From Octopus vulgaris (lineage: Eukaryota), in the NCBI GenBank assembly GCA_951406725.2, contig OX597816.1:55118001-55182000 (forward strand): DNA of 64,000 nucleotides, read 5' to 3'. This document shows positions 56,382 to 64,000 of the stretch, one piece after another (positions within the stretch are counted from its first letter, which is position 1; every line of letters begins with the position of its first letter). The position numbers and the translations under genes are program-made. The notes under the pieces are model-generated. The model searched no databases, was not told where the DNA came from, and was given only the letters and a program-made list of their open reading frames with translations.

Positions 56382-56750
56382 GGAAGGTAAATAGAAACGG
56401 GCAAAAACATATGGTTGCTTCACTTGTAAACTGAAAACAAGTATCCTGTCATGTATTGCTAAACAGCTTGTACGGATGGTTTGTTTATAGTGAGCAAATG
56501 GTTTGTTAATAGTGGTAGAATGATTTGTTCATATTAATCAAATATTTGTTGTACATTAATTCACTCTCTGCATCACATCGTTATTGCCTCGTGTGTGGCA
56601 AACCGTGTGCCGCATGTAAGATGGCAAAGAAATCGCAGAGAAAGACTTAAGTGTTTTACCAAAGAACTCAATACACCGCCCGCAGCGGAAATCTAAATCG
56701 CGATTTTACGATTGTCAGTGGAACGCACTAACCTTAACACACACACACAC

Positions 56751-56786
<36 letters not shown>

Positions 56787-56807
56787 TGCGTAGTAGTGGC
56801 TGTGTGC

Positions 56808-56971
56808 ATAGGTACAGGAGCGCTGTATGGTAAGTAGCTTGCTTACCAGCCACATGGTTCTGGGTTCGGTCCCACTGTGTGGCACCTTGGGCAAATGTCT
56901 TCTACTATAGTCACGGACTGACCAAAGCCTTGTGAGTGGATTTGGTAGACGGAAGTTGAAAGAAAGCTGTC

Positions 56972-57000
<29 letters not shown>
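56808..57000 (+). mobile_element. SINE family B, 5' half
   Basis: Homology to the family. Confidence 0.8.
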
Positions 57001-57007
<7 letters not shown>

Positions 57008-57275
57008 ACAAATAATATCGTAATGGTTCGTCATTCCGGAGGGCACAGGCTTTTAAGGCCAGTATCTTGGATTCTGAGACGTATATGTTCCTCCCTTGGA
57101 CGGCATGCCAGTCCTTCACAAGATTCTTCATTTTGCCAACTGAGTGGAGTGGAGCAGCGGGAAATGAAAAGTCTTGCTCAAGAATCTAATGTGTCACCTA
57201 GTCCAGGAATCAAAACCACAATTTTACGATCATGAGTGTAACCCCATAAATATTAAGCGACACACCTTCACACCT

Positions 57276-57317
<42 letters not shown>

Positions 57318-57802
57318 GCACACACACACAGACACACGCACACACAAACACACACACATACACATACACACATACACACGCACACACGCACGCGCACACA
57401 CAAACACATACAAGCATGCATGTTTAGCGAGGCGGTAAATGATCAATGTGGCTGGAGCTCATGCAATATAATATTTGCTGGAAGGCCGCGAATTGGCTGA
57501 ATCGTTAGCCCACCGGGCGAAATGTTTAGCGGTATTTCGTCAGAAATTGAAGCGAAATTATCCTTCAAGTCTTATTCCGCCATATTAAAAACGATTTAGG
57601 GATTAATGTAGTCTGAGCAGCTGGTGGGCAGACTATCACTGAACACACACACGTCAGAGTGGTCACGGTTCGGCAACCTTCGATTACAGCTCTGCACTTT
57701 TCATTATACAACACCACCACCAACATCAGCACCACCACCACCACCACCACCACCACCACCACCACCACCACCACCATCACCACCACCACCACCACCACCA
57801 CC

Positions 57803-57833
<31 letters not shown>

Positions 57834-59022
57834 GCAATAACAGCAACAACAAAAACAACACAGACGTTGAAGCGTTTCATACTTTTATTATATTAGCAGA
57901 TATGAAACTCCGCTAATAATTAATGGAAAGTAAAGCTGTTTGTCAGAACGAGAATATTTTAGTGAATGAAGATGTTGGCTCCAGGACTGTCTACCATGTA
58001 GCGGCACAATGAACCCACCTCACTTTGATACAGCACAAGAAAAGTATGCGAAAATGATACGTAGCTAAAAATTTCTTGTTACTTTGGTTGTGGTTTCTGT
58101 CGTTAATTAGTCTCAAGGCAACCACCCCACCTGACCGGGTAGACTTTTTACCAAACATAATTCATGAATGACCATCACATCTTTTAGAATTATCGAAATT
58201 ATTTCTTATATTTTAATCGTGTGTTTGAGGGAGATTGGCTGCTTTTACTTGTGACAGGAATTGTGACTGTGACGACGGGAAACATCATTTATACCGTCAG
58301 GTTTTCCCTAGTCGGGTTTGTCTGAGATTCTTTGTAAAGGTCTCTCGACCAGGAGGATAGGAAGTGAAGTGGTATGGCCAAAAAAGATGCGGAGCTCGTT
58401 AGTAAATACCATTTTTAAAGTAACTGTGAAAGAGAAAAGAGGGGAGGCTGACAGAAGAGAAAAAAGATGGTGACATCAAAGAATATTGAAGTTAATCATT
58501 TAAAGGGAGCTGAACGGTGGCAGACAACCGAAATAAATGGCACCTACATGTACAGAATATCAACCAATAGACCGCTCTCACCACACTCAAATATTACCCT
58601 CATAAACTAAACTCAGTAAACTCAGTTAGCTTAATCCGTTCACACCTTCTCAAAGAGCATACTCAATCAACATAGTGAACTCTCACACCCAAGCCTCGAT
58701 TCATAAGTCGATTGACTTTTGTAGTTTCCATAAAACCAACCCAGCAGTTCTCTCCGAATAAACAGAAATTGCATCCTCGTTGGTGTAAACGTAATTATTT
58801 TAACTTCCTTTTCTAAATGAAGTGGTGTAGAGGTGTGGCGGAGAATTGTTATCGTTGAATGGAGTGTGATGGTTGAATGAAATTGTTGAGTGTGAGATTT
58901 CAGTGAAGTTTATTAGTTTGTGCGATATGTTTCCGCTCTATAGAGCTGTGGCTCCCAACCTTTTCACTACAAAGGAACCCTTTTATTTAAATGACCCACG
59001 GATCCCTTTTAATATGCCTATA

Positions 59023-59083
<61 letters not shown>

Positions 59084-59329
59084 TGAACTTTTTATTGAAA
59101 TTTTGTTTAATATTTTCTGAAGGTATTTCCTTGTAAACTGTTTTTAACATTTTCTTATAATCAAAAAAATATATATGTATTTTAATACTTTTGTGTCAAC
59201 CAGTACTTAACACAACAAAGCTTATACAAAACTTTACATTTTACTTTTGACAATCTTTTACTAAAAAAGTGAAACCGGTTAAGTGAATAAACACCTTTAA
59301 AATTGCATTTTCAAACCTTCTTTCATATA

Positions 59330-59410
<81 letters not shown>

Positions 59411-59537
59411 AAAGTAAAAAAACACAACTGGGACAAGAACGTGAAACATTAGAAGACGACACAAAAAACACGGACAGGACATTCGAAGCCTTCAATCTTC
59501 AGTCAAGAACCGGATCATCTTCGCAATTTCGGCTGAT

Positions 59538-59636
<99 letters not shown>

Positions 59637-59675
59637 ATGTATGTATGTATGTGTGAATATATGTATATTTATGTT

Positions 59676-60065
59676 AGGTCACTTTCGAGTGCTACTGATA
59701 ACATGTAACCCAGTACAACCTGTTGCATGGTAGGGTCGTCGGCGACTAAACCGGCAACCCCACCAAGCTTGCTTGGTGAGGAGGGTGTTTATTGGACACC
59801 CTGCGGGATGAAAAACAAAACCCGCGAAAAGGCGGAGGAACTCTTGAGAGTCAACGGCCATCCAATAAATGTCTTAAGGCTGTATCATGCGCGGGGACAT
59901 AGAAATAATCGGACTGAATACCCGATTGCGCGGTTAGATCATTGGGAGTGAAGGACTCCCAGCCTTTGTTAGGGCATCCTTCTAGGAGAAGGTAACTCAG
60001 ATAACTGGGATAACTCCGACATAAAACCTGCGGCACAGTGGTTACCGATGATGTTGACTTGTTCT
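59676..60065 (+). mobile_element. GC-richer repeat resembling an RTE-type 5' UTR or derived non-autonomous element
   Basis: Sharp composition change after microsatellite; taggagaaggtaactc..aaacc motif reminiscent of RTE 5' ends. Confidence 0.4.
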
Positions 60066-60290
60066 TCTTTTCGGATTATGGCTGCTGTTGTTTGTGAGTG
60101 GGATTGACTCAGTGCACAACCTTTCCTCACTTAAAGAAAAAATCTTCTTACACAGGCATTGCACGATAACAACATTGATTAAGCTTCGTGCAATGGCCAT
60201 ACTCGATATCGAAGGGGCAGCCAGCATGTATGTATATATATATATATATGTATGTATATATATATGTATGTATGTATATATATATATATA

Positions 60291-60330
60291 CTAGCTGAAG
60301 GTGGCCCGCTCTACGCGCGGGTGAGAGTGT
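60291..60330 (-). mobile_element. Helitron-type 3' terminus
   Basis: Minus strand cccgc(gcgtaga)gcggg hairpin, ~9 nt, then CTAG|T. Confidence 0.55.
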
Positions 60331-60354
60331 GGTTGTTACTTTCTGTTGCTTCCT

Positions 60355-60660
60355 TTCAGCACGTAAAAAGCACCATCCGAACGTGGCCGATTGCAGCGCC
60401 GCCTTGACTTGCTTCTGTGCCGGTGGCACGTAAAAAGCGCCAACCGATCGTTGCCGCTGCGAGCCCCCCTGGCACCTGTGCCGGCGGCACGAAAAATGCA
60501 CCCACTACACTCACAGAGTTAGGAAGGTCATCCACCTGTAGAAACACTGCCAGATCAGACTGGATCCTGGTGCAGCCTCCTGGCTTCCCAGACCCCGGTC
60601 ACACTGTCCAACCCGTGCTAGCACGGAAAACGGACGTTAAACGATGATGATGATGATGAT
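60355..60660 (+). mobile_element. SINE 3' portion with (GAT)n tail and internal gcacgtaaaaagc repeats
   Basis: aggaaggtcatccacctgtagaaac ... ggacgttaaacgatgatgat. Confidence 0.65.
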
Positions 60661-61471
60661 TCTCCGTATTTGTTTCTCTCTCCTTTCTCTCTCACTTTCC
60701 CACTCTCTTACTTTTCTTTTCTCTCGGACTCTCCCTCGCTTTCTCTTACTCTCTATCTTTATCTATCTCTCTCCCATTTATAAACAACAGAAGATCTTGA
60801 GTAAGTTGAGAAATAAAATATTTAGAAAGATCAATCAGAAATATGAGGCAGTGGCAATGGAAAGGTCTGCTTCAAGGCAGACAGCAAAACGCTAACATTT
60901 AAAAGGTACAGACGAACTTGCGAGCTGAATAAAAATAATAAAATATTGGAAACCAAAGTTTGAAGGGATAGAATCTGAGGATAGTAGAGTCACCATGGCT
61001 GGCATTTCTTAACGACGGACAACAACGTATTGACAGTTTAACGACTGGCGTAAAATTTTGAACTTGATGAAAAAGAAAATTCGTAAACACCAAGTTTTGA
61101 AGTGATTCTTTCTCACGACAGTAGACTCACCATGGCAAGCATTCAAAACTTCTTCATCATGGATGGCAACACATTGACGATTAAAAGGCTGGCGCAAATT
61201 TTTTAGCTTGATGTAACAGAGAATTCCTAAACACCCGCTACTTGAAATTTTAATCCCCTTCCAGCCCCATTTAGACCACTTTTCACATTTTGGTTAATAT
61301 AACCCGATTTCATTCGGGTCTACTGGGGCCACATTTTATAAGATGAGGAATTTTGTCCTAGAGGTGACGTCTTTCATTTGAGGAAAAAAATAGTTGTCAT
61401 GGAAACTTGCCAGCACTTTTAACATAGGTGTGCATATTTTCAGCTGAATCGACCGACTACGTAATGCACAC

Positions 61472-61553
<82 letters not shown>

Positions 61554-61834
61554 CGCATTATATATACAAATGTATACAAATGAGATATATATCTGTATAA
61601 ATTAAATTAGAGATAAAACCACTAATAGGCAAATGAAACAGTGAAAAACCAAAAACAAAAACATTAAAAAAATATATAATATATAAAATATATAAAATAT
61701 AAAATTGAAAAAATTTAAATTATTTAAATTGAAAATAAAAATTATTAAGTTATATTTATAATTTGTTTAAAAATATATATAACTATGAAAAAGTATGAAA
61801 AAGTTTAATATACCTAAATAAAGATATATACACT

Positions 61835-62070
61835 TTGTATATATACATTATATATACATATTTATATATAGAACACACACACACACATACATTATATATA
61901 CATATTTATATAGAGAACACACACACACACATACATTATATATACATATTTATATATAGAACACACACACACACACACACATACATTATATATACATATT
62001 TATATATAGAACACACACACACATACATTATATATACATATTTATATATGGAACACACACACACACATAT
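61835..62070. repeat. Minisatellite, about 5 x ~45 bp
   Basis: atacattatatatacatatttatatatagaacacacac repeated. Confidence 0.9.
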
Positions 62071-62524
62071 AAATGAACGCAAGAATATCTGATTCATAAT
62101 ATTTGTTCTCATGATTGTGTGTTGTTGGTAGCGATGATAATTCTCCCTATAAATGCAAACAGATACATCAAAGAAAGCCGCCTGACGAACTTATAAAGGG
62201 AAAGGGAAAGTGAAAGGGAGTTGAGGGGAATACATTAAATAACGGGAGTGGCATTCTCAAAGTTATTTATGAAGAGGAGTAAGAGAGGGAAAGGAGGAAA
62301 TAGCGTGAGTGAGGAAGATGGCCCCTAGCAACCACACCTTTTAAGCTAGGGATTTCTAAGGTAGCCCACGAGCATCGTCACCTCATTCTACATTTCCCTG
62401 TAAATTTTGGAGCGAATCGGACGGGATGTAGTGGCATTGAAAGCGATCCAAGCGGTAAAAACGCATTTCAGTTTTATATATAGAGATATATATGTGTGTG
62501 TGTGTATGTGAGTGTGTGGGGTGT

Positions 62525-63320
<796 letters not shown>

Positions 63321-63620
63321 TCTTTATATATAAAAGTGAAGTTGTGTGTCTGTCTCCTACGATTTAGATTCCTAGCTACTCCCACATGTTGCGGTGCAGT
63401 GTAACCAAAAGCGGGTATCTTATAGTCGTGATTCATATCGAGCCCTTCTGGGTATTAGCGCGCGTCTACGATGAGTCTAGGATTTAAAAAACAAATTTAC
63501 CATAATTTTTTCCCATTTTTAATGCATTTTTTTGCTATTATATAAGGGAAGTAACTCTCTAAAAATGCTTATATAGTTATTTCCCTTACAAACCCGAGCA
63601 ACGCCGGGCGATACTGCTAG
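63321..63620 (+). mobile_element. Non-autonomous Helitron-like element (300 bp)
   Basis: A|TCtttatatataaaag start; 3' hairpin cccg(agcaacgc)cggg then CTAG|T; no TSD. Confidence 0.8.
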
Positions 63621-63734
63621 TATATATATATAGTAAATCCCCAAAAAACGAAGAACTATCACAAAACAACATCAACGCGAGGACGTAGTACATGTGAAGT
63701 ATAAGCAGACGCTCAAGGAAGGAAAAAAAGATGG

Positions 63735-63766
63735 TTTAACGTTTCGAGCAACGCTCTTCTTCAGAA
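63735..63766 (-). ncRNA. Minimal hammerhead ribozyme-like motif with intact core
   Basis: tt-CTGAAGA-a-gagc(gtt)gctc-GAAA-cg-TT-aa; short stem I. Confidence 0.55.
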
Positions 63767-64000
63767 GGAGAGGAAAGTCCAATAGAAAAGGAAGACGGAG
63801 GAAAAAATCGCCAATAATTCCCATGATATATTTTGAAATGACCCGAAGGGAATGGGTGAAGAAAAGCTTCAGTCCAAGACAGGAGAGTGTTAGTGAATGA
63901 GGTATGTGTGTGTATGTATGGGTATGTTCGTGCGCTAAAGCCTCTGAGTGTATGTGTGTGTATGTGTGTGTATGTGTGTGTGCACGTGGAGTTGTGTGAA

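Overview
AT-rich, microsatellite-saturated eukaryotic genomic DNA. The repeat families (tRNA-derived SINEs with internal CA/TA tracts, Penelope-like fragments embedded in (TA)n, mariners) look like an octopod cephalopod; this is inferred from memory of those families, not from a search. Only one host coding exon is supportable: a large first coding exon of an organic anion transporting polypeptide (SLCO/OATP) on the minus strand at 1816-2662. The remaining ~61 kb is upstream or intronic and consists of nested mobile DNA: at least 4 SINE families, CR1-, RTE- and R4/Dong-type LINE relics, mariner/Tc1 relics, hAT and Merlin-like MITEs with intact 8-bp TSDs, a 1.9-kb foldback element and Helitron-like elements. 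The most interesting structures are: (i) a (TAA)n-embedded array of a ~555-bp non-coding unit fused to a nearly intact R4/Dong retrotransposon; (ii) several minimal hammerhead-ribozyme-like motifs, including a ~344-bp tandem repeat with retrozyme-like architecture; (iii) a foldback transposon splitting a SINE; (iv) a clean duplication/inversion/duplication template-switch scar. Nearly all ORFs in the supplied track are translations of microsatellites.
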